Below are positions 22,904 through 33,366 of a stretch of DNA of 64,000 bases, one piece after another. Under the pieces are notes generated by a model. The model searched no databases and had not been told where the DNA came from. It worked only from the letters and a program-made list of their open reading frames with translations. The translations under genes were made by a program, and so were the position numbers. The number at the start of each line of letters is the position of its first letter. Position 1 is the stretch's first letter. The stretch comes from Nitrospirota bacterium (GTDB taxonomy: Bacteria > Nitrospirota > UBA9217): NCBI GenBank assembly GCA_963845065.1, contig CAWJQQ010000003.1, positions 192,001 through 256,000 on the forward strand, written 5' to 3'.

Positions 22904-24679
22904 ATGAAACTTTCAGATTATGTCATAGAATTCCTTGTGAATCACGATGTCCATCACATTTTTGAGGTCATCGGTGGAGCGATTACGCACTTGCTAGATT
23001 CTGCCAATGGCAGGAAGGACATCCAATGCGTTTCGGTCCATCATGAACAGACCGGCGCGTTCGCGGCCGAAGCCTATGCCCGTATGAATGGGAAACTCGG
23101 CGTTGCCATGGCAACAAGCGGTCCGGGAGCATTGAATCTTCTTACCGGCGTCGGCAGCTGCTATTTCGACTCCGTTCCCTGCCTCTTCATAACGGGCCAA
23201 GTGAACACATATGAATACAAATTCGATAAAGCAGTACGCCAAATCGGATTTCAAGAAACTGACATTGTCAGCGTTGCAAAACCCCTGACAAAATACACTG
23301 AGCTGGTTGTTGACGCTCAGAAGATCCGGTATCATTTGGAAAAAGCAGTTTTTCTTGCTCAAAACGGCAGACCAGGCCCAGTTCTGCTAGATTTGCCAAT
23401 GAACATCCAGCGCGCCCAGATAGATCCACAAAATCTCATAAGTTTTTACGATACTGATGAATACCGGCACATGCAGCAGACAGTACAGTTAAATGGACAG
23501 TCGATCCAAGGCGTTATTGACGGTATCAGGGATGCCAGGAGGCCTGTCATTCTTGCCGGTGGTGGGGTGAGGACGTCAGGTGCAGTCGCAGATTTTCAAG
23601 ACGTGGTACAGACAACTGGCATTCCGGTAGTAACTTCTCTAATGGGGTTGGACACATTGTTTCACGATCATCCGGCTTTTTTCGGAATGATCGGATCCTA
23701 CGGCAACCGTTACAGCAACCTTACTGTGGCCAATGCAGATCTAGTCTTGATTCTGGGCTCACGTTTGGATAGCAGACAGACTGGTACGCGACCGGATACC
23801 TTTGCTCGAGCGGCAAAAAAAATTCATGTGGATGTCGATCCTCTTGAGCTGAACGCAAAGATCCATGCTGATATAACCATACAAGCAGATCTAAAAGATT
23901 TCCTCAAAGCGCTGAAAGAATCTCTGTCAGGCTATCAAAAAAGCGATCTTTCTGCTTGGTATGCCACTATCAATGGCTTTCGCACGAAGTATCCAACTGT
24001 ATTTCCAACTCCGGTAGCAGGAGGAATCAATCCGAATCAATTTATGGATCTCCTGTCGCATAAGACGGGAGAGGGTGATGTTATTTGCCTCGATGTAGGC
24101 CAGAACCAGATGTGGGCAGCGCAATCCTTCAGGCTCAAGAAAGCACAGCGCATGATAACATCTGGCGGTATGGGGTCTATGGGCTTTGCCCTGCCTGCTG
24201 CTCTGGGCGCAGCTAAAAGCAGTAATAAAAGGACCATCGTTATCTCCGGGGATGGCGGTATTCAGATGAATATTCAGGATCTCGACACCATTGTTAATCA
24301 CCGCCTGCCCGTGAAATTTTTTATTATGAACAACGGTTGTCTTGGCATGGTGCGACAAATGCAGGACATGTACTTTGGTGGACGACAGCAGTCCACTGTA
24401 ATCGGCTACACTTGTCCGAACCTAACGAAAATCGCGGAAGCATACGGTATCCCGTCGTTTACGATAGCCACGATGGACAGTGCAGAAAATATTATCAATA
24501 TGGCATTGTCAGGAGAGGGGCCTGCGTTTGTTGAAGTGAAGCTAAACCAGGATACCCAAGTGAACCCCAAGCTGGTCGTGAATAGGCCCATAGAAGATAT
24601 GTCTCCATATCTTGATCGCAAGGAACTGCACGATATCATGCTCATCGATTTAGCGGAAGAAAAAGATTTTGAAAAATAG
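22904..24679 (+). CDS. TPP-dependent acetolactate-synthase-like enzyme (YerE-like)
   Basis: HHEQ, TSGPGA, and the GDGG..MN...NN TPP motif; lies within the CDP-sugar operon with no ilvN/ilvC nearby. Confidence 0.85.
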   Translation: MKLSDYVIEFLVNHDVHHIFEVIGGAITHLLDSANGRKDIQCVSVHHEQTGAFAAEAYARMNGKLGVAMATSGPGALNLLTGVGSCYFDSVPCLFITGQVNTYEYKFDKAVRQIGFQETDIVSVAKPLTKYTELVVDAQKIRYHLEKAVFLAQNGRPGPVLLDLPMNIQRAQIDPQNLISFYDTDEYRHMQQTVQLNGQSIQGVIDGIRDARRPVILAGGGVRTSGAVADFQDVVQTTGIPVVTSLMGLDTLFHDHPAFFGMIGSYGNRYSNLTVANADLVLILGSRLDSRQTGTRPDTFARAAKKIHVDVDPLELNAKIHADITIQADLKDFLKALKESLSGYQKSDLSAWYATINGFRTKYPTVFPTPVAGGINPNQFMDLLSHKTGEGDVICLDVGQNQMWAAQSFRLKKAQRMITSGGMGSMGFALPAALGAAKSSNKRTIVISGDGGIQMNIQDLDTIVNHRLPVKFFIMNNGCLGMVRQMQDMYFGGRQQSTVIGYTCPNLTKIAEAYGIPSFTIATMDSAENIINMALSGEGPAFVEVKLNQDTQVNPKLVVNRPIEDMSPYLDRKELHDIMLIDLAEEKDFEK

Positions 24680-24770
24680 ACAGCGTCTCGAATGTCATTC
24701 CTAAAATCGAGAGGAAACTTTTTTGGATTCAATCCCAGCAGTTCAAGCCTATCGCTATTTAACGTACACG

Positions 24771-25622
24771 ATGATACTGCCAGTGTACAATGAAGAGTCA
24801 CGCATTGGAAGGGTGATTGAGTATTACAAGCCCTTTGCCCGTTTGATAGTGATTGATAATTTTAGCACTGATAAAACATGGAAGATCGTGCAAGAACTTG
24901 GCGTCGAGCAGGTTCAGTATAAAAACCCCGGGACGATTCAGACGCCGGAATTTTTTCATTTTGTCGCTACTTTGTTCGAAACGGATTATTACATACTTCT
25001 TTCTTGCTCAGAGTTTATTCCTCTGCAACTTCTAGATTTATTTAATAAAATTGCTCAAGAGCATACGTATGACGTTGTATCCTGTGTACGCGAAAGCTAT
25101 ACGTGCGGCGAATTGATTCCGCTCTGGGGTGGAAGGTTCAAAGGCACCGATGCAAGAGTTGAGCGTTTTTATAATAAACATGCCCTCAACCTTGACAAGG
25201 TAGTGATTCACGGACATTTTATCCCTATGAGCGATGACAGGTTGCTTAAGTTACCGCCAGATAAGCGATATATAGTGACACACCTGCGTGATTCTGATGC
25301 TAAATCGCTCATTAAGAAATCGCTCGATTATTCTTTTGTCGAAGCCAGTCACAGGTTCCGGAATAATACGCCCTTAAAAATCTGGAAATTGATGATATTG
25401 TTCTTAAAAGAAATTCTCAGGTTTTTACAACTCCCGCTTTCAAAATGGAACATGATAGCCTTGAGGGAAATATGGGCGCGCATGGTCATGCATTCAATCA
25501 TATACTGGATTGGATGGGAACTCCGTTCGGGCAAAGATATCGCATATTCACATAGGCAAAACGAAAGTCTTTGGCAAGAGCTAGTTACTAATCAGAGCCA
25601 CAAATTACAGAATGACCAATGA
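24771..25622 (+). CDS. GT2-like glycosyltransferase (start uncertain; ORF open from 24723)
   Basis: ILPVYNEE and IDNFSTD motifs. Confidence 0.75.
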   Translation: MILPVYNEESRIGRVIEYYKPFARLIVIDNFSTDKTWKIVQELGVEQVQYKNPGTIQTPEFFHFVATLFETDYYILLSCSEFIPLQLLDLFNKIAQEHTYDVVSCVRESYTCGELIPLWGGRFKGTDARVERFYNKHALNLDKVVIHGHFIPMSDDRLLKLPPDKRYIVTHLRDSDAKSLIKKSLDYSFVEASHRFRNNTPLKIWKLMILFLKEILRFLQLPLSKWNMIALREIWARMVMHSIIYWIGWELRSGKDIAYSHRQNESLWQELVTNQSHKLQNDQ

Positions 25623-27120
25623 GGAAATGGATAACACCCAACTAGCGCCTGATGATGGCGCGCTATTTCAGCGCTTCAAAACATCGGTAATCAGCTACGG
25701 ATTACGTCAATTCGCAGTCATATCCCTTACATTCGGTTATAACATCGCGCTGACTCACTATTTACTCCCTGCAGAATTTGGAAAAGTAGCGGTCATCCTC
25801 ATCGTTGTGAATATCGCCATGCTGCTTTCTGACGGCGGATTTGGCGTTTATCTCATACAGAGACATGAGGAGATACATGAACATGACCTTTCACGAGTCA
25901 CAACAATCCAGCTCACCGCCGCTTCTATTCTTAGCGCCTTGTGTTTTTTGGGATCCTCAGCTGCCAGCCTATTTTATCCCGGCCAGGATATTGGCCGGAT
26001 GGTCGCTTTTGCTTCTCTGTCGCTCCCGCTTTTGGTCATACGCGGCATGGCATTGCTGTTGCTGGAACGTTCAGTCAGGCTCAATAAAGTAGTCAGGGTA
26101 GAAATAGCTGAAGAGGTCGTTTTTGCATTGGTTGCAATAGGTCTCGCTGCTCATGGAGCAGGGGCGTGGAGTGTCGTTCTAGCTCAAATTGCTAAAGCGC
26201 TGGTTGGATGCACAATTGCTGTATTCATTGGTAAGTTTCGGTTCAGGTTTGTTCCGATAACGTGGGATGCGGGTCTTAGTAAAGGCTTTCGATTCGGGTT
26301 CCATTATCAAGCCGCTCAATTGATCAATATGGCGCGAATTTCCGTAATCCCCCTCTATATCGTTCCATTTTTCGGTTTTCAGGCCGGAGGTTTCGTCGAA
26401 AGGTCGTTATATTTTTGTGCGGCACCATTATCGATAATACTTGCGGTACAGAAAAGAACCATGTTCCCTTATATATCTCGAATCCAGTTCGATTTGGAAA
26501 AAATCAAGCGATTTACCGAAGATTCAATTTATATCAGCTCAGTAATAGATAAATTCATGTTCCTCCCGCTGCTAATTTTTGCGCGTACCGTCATTGTTGT
26601 GGTTTTTGGTGAGCATTGGTTGCCCATGCTGCCGCTTATTTACTGGCTCTTGGCCGGAAACATAATTTTCGGTGCGCTAACGGGCACGCTTTACCCTGTT
26701 GCAAATGGAATCGGCAGGTCGGATTACATTTCTGTATTGAACCTTGCCGGATTTATTCTTTCGTGGTTATTAATTGTTCCATTAACGCAAGCTTATGGTA
26801 TTATAGGTGTCGGAATTGCGGGGCTGATTATGTGGCTTGGAGTCCATTGGTTTAAGATTAAACTTCGATCGAGTATTGGTGATTTTGTTTATTATCGCCA
26901 ACTTGTGAAGCCGCTTATGGCATTCTTTCTTGCATGGGGAAGCAGCGAATTTATCATCAAGGAATTTGTTGGAGAGATTAGGTCACTTCCTCTTCTGGCC
27001 GCGCTATCAGTGCTTGTGTGTTTTCTGTATCTCATTGCTATTGTGTGCCTTGACTGGACACGTTTAAAGTCAGTATTTAATAACTACCTTGTGGATCAAC
27101 CTGCTACCAAGAATATATGA
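25612..27120 (+). CDS. wzx: Wzx-type oligosaccharide flippase
   Basis: LLPAEFG, DGGFG..LIQ and GAWS motifs; about 12-14 TM segments. Confidence 0.85.
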   Translation: MTNEEMDNTQLAPDDGALFQRFKTSVISYGLRQFAVISLTFGYNIALTHYLLPAEFGKVAVILIVVNIAMLLSDGGFGVYLIQRHEEIHEHDLSRVTTIQLTAASILSALCFLGSSAASLFYPGQDIGRMVAFASLSLPLLVIRGMALLLLERSVRLNKVVRVEIAEEVVFALVAIGLAAHGAGAWSVVLAQIAKALVGCTIAVFIGKFRFRFVPITWDAGLSKGFRFGFHYQAAQLINMARISVIPLYIVPFFGFQAGGFVERSLYFCAAPLSIILAVQKRTMFPYISRIQFDLEKIKRFTEDSIYISSVIDKFMFLPLLIFARTVIVVVFGEHWLPMLPLIYWLLAGNIIFGALTGTLYPVANGIGRSDYISVLNLAGFILSWLLIVPLTQAYGIIGVGIAGLIMWLGVHWFKIKLRSSIGDFVYYRQLVKPLMAFFLAWGSSEFIIKEFVGEIRSLPLLAALSVLVCFLYLIAIVCLDWTRLKSVFNNYLVDQPATKNI

Positions 27121-27309
27121 GGAAAGTTGTACCCTTGTAAATGTCGCTCTGCTAGTAAAATTCCTCTGAGTATAAGTTTTTACAGTTAATGTGGCTTGAA
27201 TAGCTGATTATAACTGTTTGTCATGTTTTATGCTGAGGATAGTAGGGCTGTTTGTCGTATCATGAGAATACTGTCTAAGCTTATAATGAATTTATGAGCA
27301 AGAGGAATC

Positions 27310-29154
27310 ATGGCCGTTACCATATTAGGAATTTCTGCATATTACCATGACAGCGCGGCAGCAATCATAAAAGATGGTGATATTATTGCCGCGGCTCAGC
27401 AGGAACGCTTTACCCGGGAAAAACATGATGCAGGTTTCCCCAACCGTGCCGTATTGTATTGTCTTCAGGAAGCTGGCTCAAGGCTGAAGGATGTGAGTCA
27501 GATCGTTTTCTACGAGAAGCCGCTCCTCAAGTTCGAACGCCTCATAGAGACCTATCTAGCCTATGCCCCGAAGGGGCTGATGTCGTTCACTGCCGCCATG
27601 CCGGTGTGGCTCAAGGAGAAGCTTTTTCTCAAAAATCTTTTGAAAAAAGAACTGGCTTCACTAGAAGGGTGCAAACCTTCGGAGCTGCCGCCGCTCCTTT
27701 TTGCAGAGCACCATCAATCACATGCAGCTTCGGCATTTTTCCCGAGCCCTTTCGAGCGTGCAGGGGTGCTATGTCTAGATGGGGTGGGGGAATGGGCAAC
27801 TTCGACGGCGTGGTTTGGAGAGGGGAATGATCTTACTTTGCAGTGGGCAATCGACTTTCCGCATTCACTCGGACTATTGTATTCGGCATTCACATACTAT
27901 ACGGGGTTCAAGGTCAACTCGGGCGAGTACAAGCTCATGGGCCTGGCTCCTTATGGTGAGCCGAAATATGTTGACATCATCAGGACCCATCTTGTTGATA
28001 TCAAAGAGGACGGGACGTTCCGGTTGAACATGAAATATTTCAACTATGCTACAGGTCTCACCATGACTAACTGGAAGTTTCACGAACTCTTCGGAAGCCC
28101 GCCGCGCAAAACGGAGACGGTCCCTTCGCAGCGCGACATGGACATTGCAAGATCCGTTCAGGAGGTAACAGAAGAAATAGTCCTTCGACTGGCGCGGACC
28201 ATGCATCGAACACTCGGAATTGAACACCTATGTCTTGCCGGTGGCGTGGCGCTCAACTGCGTGGCGAATGGCCGCGTATTGCGTGAAGGCCCCTTCAAGG
28301 ACATCTGGATCCAGCCTGCGGCAGGAGACTCGGGTGGCGCCCTGGGAGCTGCCCTTGCCTGTTGGCACCAGTATCTCAACAAACCTCGATTCGTGAATCC
28401 TGCGGACAGCATGAAAGGCTCCTATCTCGGACCACGGTTCAGTGATTCAGAAATACGAGTCTATCTGGATTCGATCGGAGCAAAATACGATACGCTGGAT
28501 GATGTCAGGCTCTTTCCGAAGCTGGCTGAATTATTAGATGGGGGAAACGTTATTGGCTGGTTCCAGGGAAGGATGGAATTCGGTCCCCGGGCACTGGGCT
28601 CACGCTCCATCATCGGCGATCCGCGTAACCCTAACATGCAGTCTGTGATGAACCTAAAAATCAAGTACCGGGAATCGTTCCGTCCTTTTGCGCCTTCCGT
28701 ACTGGAAGACCGGGTTTCCGACTATTTCGAGCTTGATCGTTCAAGCCCATATATGCTCTTGGTGGCGCCGGTTTGTGAGGAAAAACGCATCCCGATGACT
28801 GAAGGACAGCTGCATCTATTCGGTATTGATAAGCTGCATATTCCTCGGTCGATAATCCCTGCCGTAACCCATGTCGATTATTCCGCCCGCATTCAAACGG
28901 TGCACCAGGAGACCAATCCGCGCTATTATGAACTTCTACGTCATTTTGAACAACGAACGGGTTGCCCCGTGCTGGTAAACACATCATTCAACGTTCGTGG
29001 AGAACCAATCGTCTGTACGCCCGAAGACGCTTTTCGCTGTTTCATGAGGACTGAAATGGACTATCTGGTTTTGGAGAATTTTATCCTGACAAAGTCAGAA
29101 CAACCATCTCGTTCTCGAGACGAGTCATGGAAAAAGGAATTTGAGCTTGACTAG
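27310..29154 (+). CDS. O-carbamoyltransferase (NodU/CmcH family, SxtI-like)
   Basis: YYHDSAAA, EHHQSHAAS, GGVALNC, EFGPRALGSRS and NTSFN motifs. Confidence 0.95.
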   Translation: MAVTILGISAYYHDSAAAIIKDGDIIAAAQQERFTREKHDAGFPNRAVLYCLQEAGSRLKDVSQIVFYEKPLLKFERLIETYLAYAPKGLMSFTAAMPVWLKEKLFLKNLLKKELASLEGCKPSELPPLLFAEHHQSHAASAFFPSPFERAGVLCLDGVGEWATSTAWFGEGNDLTLQWAIDFPHSLGLLYSAFTYYTGFKVNSGEYKLMGLAPYGEPKYVDIIRTHLVDIKEDGTFRLNMKYFNYATGLTMTNWKFHELFGSPPRKTETVPSQRDMDIARSVQEVTEEIVLRLARTMHRTLGIEHLCLAGGVALNCVANGRVLREGPFKDIWIQPAAGDSGGALGAALACWHQYLNKPRFVNPADSMKGSYLGPRFSDSEIRVYLDSIGAKYDTLDDVRLFPKLAELLDGGNVIGWFQGRMEFGPRALGSRSIIGDPRNPNMQSVMNLKIKYRESFRPFAPSVLEDRVSDYFELDRSSPYMLLVAPVCEEKRIPMTEGQLHLFGIDKLHIPRSIIPAVTHVDYSARIQTVHQETNPRYYELLRHFEQRTGCPVLVNTSFNVRGEPIVCTPEDAFRCFMRTEMDYLVLENFILTKSEQPSRSRDESWKKEFELD

Positions 29155-29167
29155 CGGGGGGTGATTC

Positions 29168-29572
29168 TTGATGAGCGAATTACGACTAGATAAAAAGGAA
29201 TTGCGAAAGTTTGGGCTGATGACCGGTCTGATACTGATCGCGTTGTTCGGTCTTGCATTGCCATGGCTGAAGCACCGTCCCTTTCCGTTGTGGCCTTGGA
29301 TTATTACGGCTATACTCTGGACCTTCGCCATGTTCATGCCGAAGAAATTGGGTGGTTTCTACCGCGTATGGATGAAAGTAGGTGCTGCTCTGGGCAAGGT
29401 GAACTCTCGGATCATCCTCGGAATCGTATTTTATCTGGTTATTACGCCCATGGCACTCATTATGCGGATCTTACATCACGATCCCATGGCACATACCATC
29501 AATCCGAATACAACCAGCTATAAAACGCGGGGTTCACAGCGTTCTCATACCAACATGGAGGTGCCATTCTGA
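29168..29572 (+). CDS. SxtJ-family membrane protein
   Basis: ELRKFGL, WMK...LG.VNSRIIL, ITP and DPM motifs; follows the carbamoyltransferase. Confidence 0.85.
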   Translation: MMSELRLDKKELRKFGLMTGLILIALFGLALPWLKHRPFPLWPWIITAILWTFAMFMPKKLGGFYRVWMKVGAALGKVNSRIILGIVFYLVITPMALIMRILHHDPMAHTINPNTTSYKTRGSQRSHTNMEVPF

Positions 29573-29724
29573 TGATCGACTTTTTCAAAGACCTCTGGGC
29601 TTTTATGAAGGAGCGAAAAAAATTCTGGCTTTTGCCGATAATTCTCATTCTCCTTCTTTTAGGTTTGCTGATAGTATTCACGCAGGGCTCCGTAATTGCG
29701 CCGTTTATTTATACGCTCTTTTAG
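29572..29724 (+). CDS. DUF5989/SxtK-like 50-aa membrane protein (below the ORF-track cutoff)
   Basis: Hand translation: MIDFFKDLWAFMKERKKFWLLPIILILLLLGLLIVFTQGSVIAPFIYTLF; GGAGG RBS; its ATG overlaps the upstream TGA. Confidence 0.9.
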   Translation: MIDFFKDLWAFMKERKKFWLLPIILILLLLGLLIVFTQGSVIAPFIYTLF

Positions 29725-29741
29725 AAGTGTGAGGGCCCAAG

Positions 29742-30788
29742 ATGAAATTGCGTATACAGATTGGTAACACTCTAAAAACAGCGGTACTCTTACTGCTCTC
29801 AGTCACTTTTGCTTTGGGTGCAGCAGAGGCTGCCTACCGGTACTATCTTTCCCGTAAGGCGCCTTCGTTCCCGCCCGTTGGCATTGAGAATGCCGTCTAT
29901 CATCATGACCTAAAACCGAATTTCTCGGGCCCCCAACGGTTCGGGACCGAAGTAGCATATTATGTCACTAATAACATGGGATTCAGAGATAGGGAAATGA
30001 GAACGGTCACTCCGAACCATAGCCGTTATCGTTTGATTTTCATAGGTGATTCTTTCACAGAAGGTGTTGGTGTAAATTACGATGATACCTTTGTCGGCAT
30101 CATCCAGAGAGCTCGGCCAGATATGGAAATCTTAAACGCGGGTGTAGCTTCATACGCGCCCGTACTAGAGAATCTAAAAATCAAAAATAAACTGCTTGGG
30201 CTTAAGCCTAACCACATTGTGATGCTGGTAGATCCCTCGGACATTCAGGATTCAATCGTTTATCATTACTGGTTAAAACACAAAGATAAGCCGCAGGAAT
30301 CTACGCTGAAAACTTTGCTTCAAAGATCAAAGTTTTTAACTGATGTAATTAAAAGGATCAGTCCTCATTTCTTTCTAGACCCATCTCTCCCGTTCGATCC
30401 TAATGGCAAGGTTTGGCTTACCTATTATGAGGAACGAGGTATGTGGCTCCAAAACAAACAGATTTACGATAAATGGGGAAGGCAAGGGCTCTTACTGCTC
30501 TTGAATGATATCGATGATACTATCAACATTTGTAAAAAACATGATATAAAACTGACGGTTGTCATCTACCCGTGGCCACAGCATATCAAGGATAAAAATT
30601 ATCTTGTTGATTATCAAGGTGAAATAAAGCAGCTCTGTGTGAAAAACGGCATTAATTTAATAGATCTCTTTGATGTTTTTACGCCTGCAACGCTTTCCAC
30701 TCATTTTATAGTCGGGGACATTCATTGGAATAAGAAAGGGCATGAGTTGGTAGCCAGCACTCTTTTAAAAAGGCTCAAGCTTCCATAA
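29742..30788 (+). CDS. SGNH/GDSL hydrolase family protein
   Basis: N-terminal TM, GFRD, GDSFT, NAGV.SY and DIHWN..GH motifs. Confidence 0.85.
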   Translation: MKLRIQIGNTLKTAVLLLLSVTFALGAAEAAYRYYLSRKAPSFPPVGIENAVYHHDLKPNFSGPQRFGTEVAYYVTNNMGFRDREMRTVTPNHSRYRLIFIGDSFTEGVGVNYDDTFVGIIQRARPDMEILNAGVASYAPVLENLKIKNKLLGLKPNHIVMLVDPSDIQDSIVYHYWLKHKDKPQESTLKTLLQRSKFLTDVIKRISPHFFLDPSLPFDPNGKVWLTYYEERGMWLQNKQIYDKWGRQGLLLLLNDIDDTINICKKHDIKLTVVIYPWPQHIKDKNYLVDYQGEIKQLCVKNGINLIDLFDVFTPATLSTHFIVGDIHWNKKGHELVASTLLKRLKLP

Positions 30789-30834
30789 GATAAATGGAGA
30801 AAAACTGCACCGACATGAGTTACCGTCTCGCTCT

Positions 30835-31791
30835 ATGACAAATAATTTAACCGCAGAAAATGCAAATCTTTGCCTTATATGTGGCAGACTATCCGCATAC
30901 AGCGAAAAGCAACTTTTCGATACGCGTTTTGGGCTTCCTCACTTCTATTGTATTGGAGCCTGCAACCCATGCGGTATCGAAATGACGATTCCTATTCCTG
31001 AACCGAAAAACCTGAAATGGCTTTACGAAGAGTACTACAACTTCAACGGTGAACGGGAAACGAGATACACGCAACTCCGTGAGAAATTCCTTTTTTCTTT
31101 TTTATATCGCTTATGGTGCATTGTAGACGGGGACATCTCATTTCATGCTCGAAAAGGATATGGAAGACTGCTTGATATCGGCTGTAATGAGGGACGGGGA
31201 TTACGGCTCTACCAACGTAATGGCTACACAGCTGAGGGGCTGGAACTTAATGAAATGGCCGCGACCGTTGCCCGATCTCATGGTTTTACTGTTTATACGC
31301 AACTTATAGAAGAATTTCGTCCAAAAGAGCAATATGATGTTACGATACTGTCAAATGTGTTGGAACACTCGTTGGACCCAAAAGTGATGCTCAGGAAAGT
31401 CCATCATATTCTCAAACCCGATGGACAGGCATGGATCAGTTGCCCCAATAACAGAAGTTGGCTTCGATCCGTTTTCGGAAAGTACTGGATTAACTGGCAT
31501 GTACCGTTCCATATTCTGCACTTTTCTGCAGATGGCCTAAAAAAGCTACTTAACGACAATGGATTCGAAATTATAGAAACACGAAACGTAACGCCTTCGC
31601 TCTGGGTCGCACATTCCATCATTGCACTTTTTTTTGCAAAACCTGGGAAACCTACAAAAGAACTGAGGAACCCCCTTATCGTTATCTTGCTAATGTTGTT
31701 CATGCGTGGTCTATTATTTCCACTTCTGTGGACCGGAAACCGTCTCGGGCGGGGAGACTGTTTAGTTGTCAGGGCCCGGAAGAGGGGATAA
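30835..31791 (+). CDS. Class I SAM-dependent methyltransferase with N-terminal CxxC pairs
   Basis: CLIC...CNPC, LLDIGCNEG and NVLEH motifs. Confidence 0.88.
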   Translation: MTNNLTAENANLCLICGRLSAYSEKQLFDTRFGLPHFYCIGACNPCGIEMTIPIPEPKNLKWLYEEYYNFNGERETRYTQLREKFLFSFLYRLWCIVDGDISFHARKGYGRLLDIGCNEGRGLRLYQRNGYTAEGLELNEMAATVARSHGFTVYTQLIEEFRPKEQYDVTILSNVLEHSLDPKVMLRKVHHILKPDGQAWISCPNNRSWLRSVFGKYWINWHVPFHILHFSADGLKKLLNDNGFEIIETRNVTPSLWVAHSIIALFFAKPGKPTKELRNPLIVILLMLFMRGLLFPLLWTGNRLGRGDCLVVRARKRG

Positions 31792-33045
31792 ATGCGCATT
31801 CTCATTCACGGCATTAATTATCACCCCGAACAGATCGGTATTGGTAAATATACCGGTGAGATGGCTATATGGCTAGCAAAAAGGGGACATGATGTGCACG
31901 TCGTAACGGCGCTACCTTACTACCCATCATGGCAGGTTGCAAAAGAGTATGCGGCGTGGCAATACCGGCGGGAAATTCGGTCAGGCGTTTCTGTTTTTCG
32001 ATGTCCGTTGTGGGTCCCATCAAATCCAACTGCGCTCAAACGACTGATTCATCTGGCAAGCTTTGCCATAAGCAGCCTTCCCGTTATGGTAAAACATATC
32101 ATCTGGAAGCCGGATATTGTACTGGTTATAGAACCTCCTTTATTTTGCGCTCCCCAGGCGTGGCTAACCTCGCGCATTGCAGGGGCAAAATCTTGGCTAC
32201 ATGTCCAGGACTTTGAGGTCTCTGCATTTTTTGGTCTTGGTTTTGCCTCTTCCGGTTTTTTAAAAAAAATTATTGTAAAAATGGAAGGATTGTTGATGCG
32301 CCGATTTGACCTCGTTTCCAGTATTTCCCATACCATGCTTCAACGCCTCGAAGATCTTAATGTCTCGAAGGACAGAACTTTTCTGTTCCCAAACTGGGTG
32401 GATACAGGTTACATTCATCCGAGTCCGAAAGAAAACGATTTGCGGTTTGCTTGGGGTTTCTCTGCTGATCAAAAAATTATTCTCTACTCCGGAAATCTCG
32501 GGAAAAAACAAGGACTTGAAGTGATTCTTGATGCTGCTGAAGGGCTTGTCGGTGAACATCCAGAAGCTGTATTCCTAATCGTAGGCGATGGCGCCGCAAA
32601 AACCGGTCTCGTTGATGAGGCTGCCAAGCGAAAGCTGCACAATGTCCGATTTAAACCATTGCAGCCGATTGAGAAACTGCCTGAATTACTTGCCTTGGGA
32701 GATATTCACCTTATCATTCAAAAACGAGGTGCAGCTGATGCGGTGATGCCGTCAAAGTTGACCGGAATTCTTGCGGTAGGCGGTTTTTCAATCATCACAG
32801 CGGATGAGCATACCGAATTAGGAGCTCTCGTATTGAATAATCCTGGAATTGCTGAACTCGTGGAGCCAGAAAGCAGTGATGCTCTGATTGCAGCAATTAA
32901 GCGTTTGCTTTGTAATCCCGTAAAGTTACCTTACTATAATCATGTAGCAAGAGAATATGCAGAACGCAATTTTTCGACAGATAGTATCATGGCTTCGGTC
33001 GAAACTAAAATTGGCCAGCTCGCTGCTTCCGGGAGAAAAGAATAG
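31792..33045 (+). CDS. wcaI: WcaI-like GT4 glycosyltransferase
   Basis: GINYHPE.IGIGKYTGEM, HVQDFE, YSGNLG.KQGL and MPSKL motifs. Confidence 0.85.
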   Translation: MRILIHGINYHPEQIGIGKYTGEMAIWLAKRGHDVHVVTALPYYPSWQVAKEYAAWQYRREIRSGVSVFRCPLWVPSNPTALKRLIHLASFAISSLPVMVKHIIWKPDIVLVIEPPLFCAPQAWLTSRIAGAKSWLHVQDFEVSAFFGLGFASSGFLKKIIVKMEGLLMRRFDLVSSISHTMLQRLEDLNVSKDRTFLFPNWVDTGYIHPSPKENDLRFAWGFSADQKIILYSGNLGKKQGLEVILDAAEGLVGEHPEAVFLIVGDGAAKTGLVDEAAKRKLHNVRFKPLQPIEKLPELLALGDIHLIIQKRGAADAVMPSKLTGILAVGGFSIITADEHTELGALVLNNPGIAELVEPESSDALIAAIKRLLCNPVKLPYYNHVAREYAERNFSTDSIMASVETKIGQLAASGRKE

Positions 33046-33366
33046 CTCTGCGCATTAAAAACATATTTCATTGCCGTATATTTGTCTGTTGAACCATATC
33101 TTTTCCCGCATTAACCTGAGTTGCCTTTCCATCATTTTTTTTCCTTAACTTTATATTTATGAAATTTCGGTCCTACCCACCTCTTTGCGTAAAAGTCTTG
33201 TTGCTTAGACATGACAAACAAATAATGCGTGACAGTATGGAATAAAAAAAGTATAATAATTTCCATTAATTTTGTCGAGTTATCGGGATAGTCACGTAAA
33301 AAAAATGCCTTTAGCGGTCAATATATTTAAAGGATTGTTCGTTTCTTTACAGGGAGGAGAATCGTA

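Noticed and set aside
22904..24679. Housekeeping ilvB
   Set aside because: No ilvN/ilvC nearby; it is embedded in the CDP-sugar operon.
27310..30788. Saxitoxin biosynthesis cluster
   Set aside because: Core sxtA/sxtG/sxtB are absent; the context is glycan synthesis.
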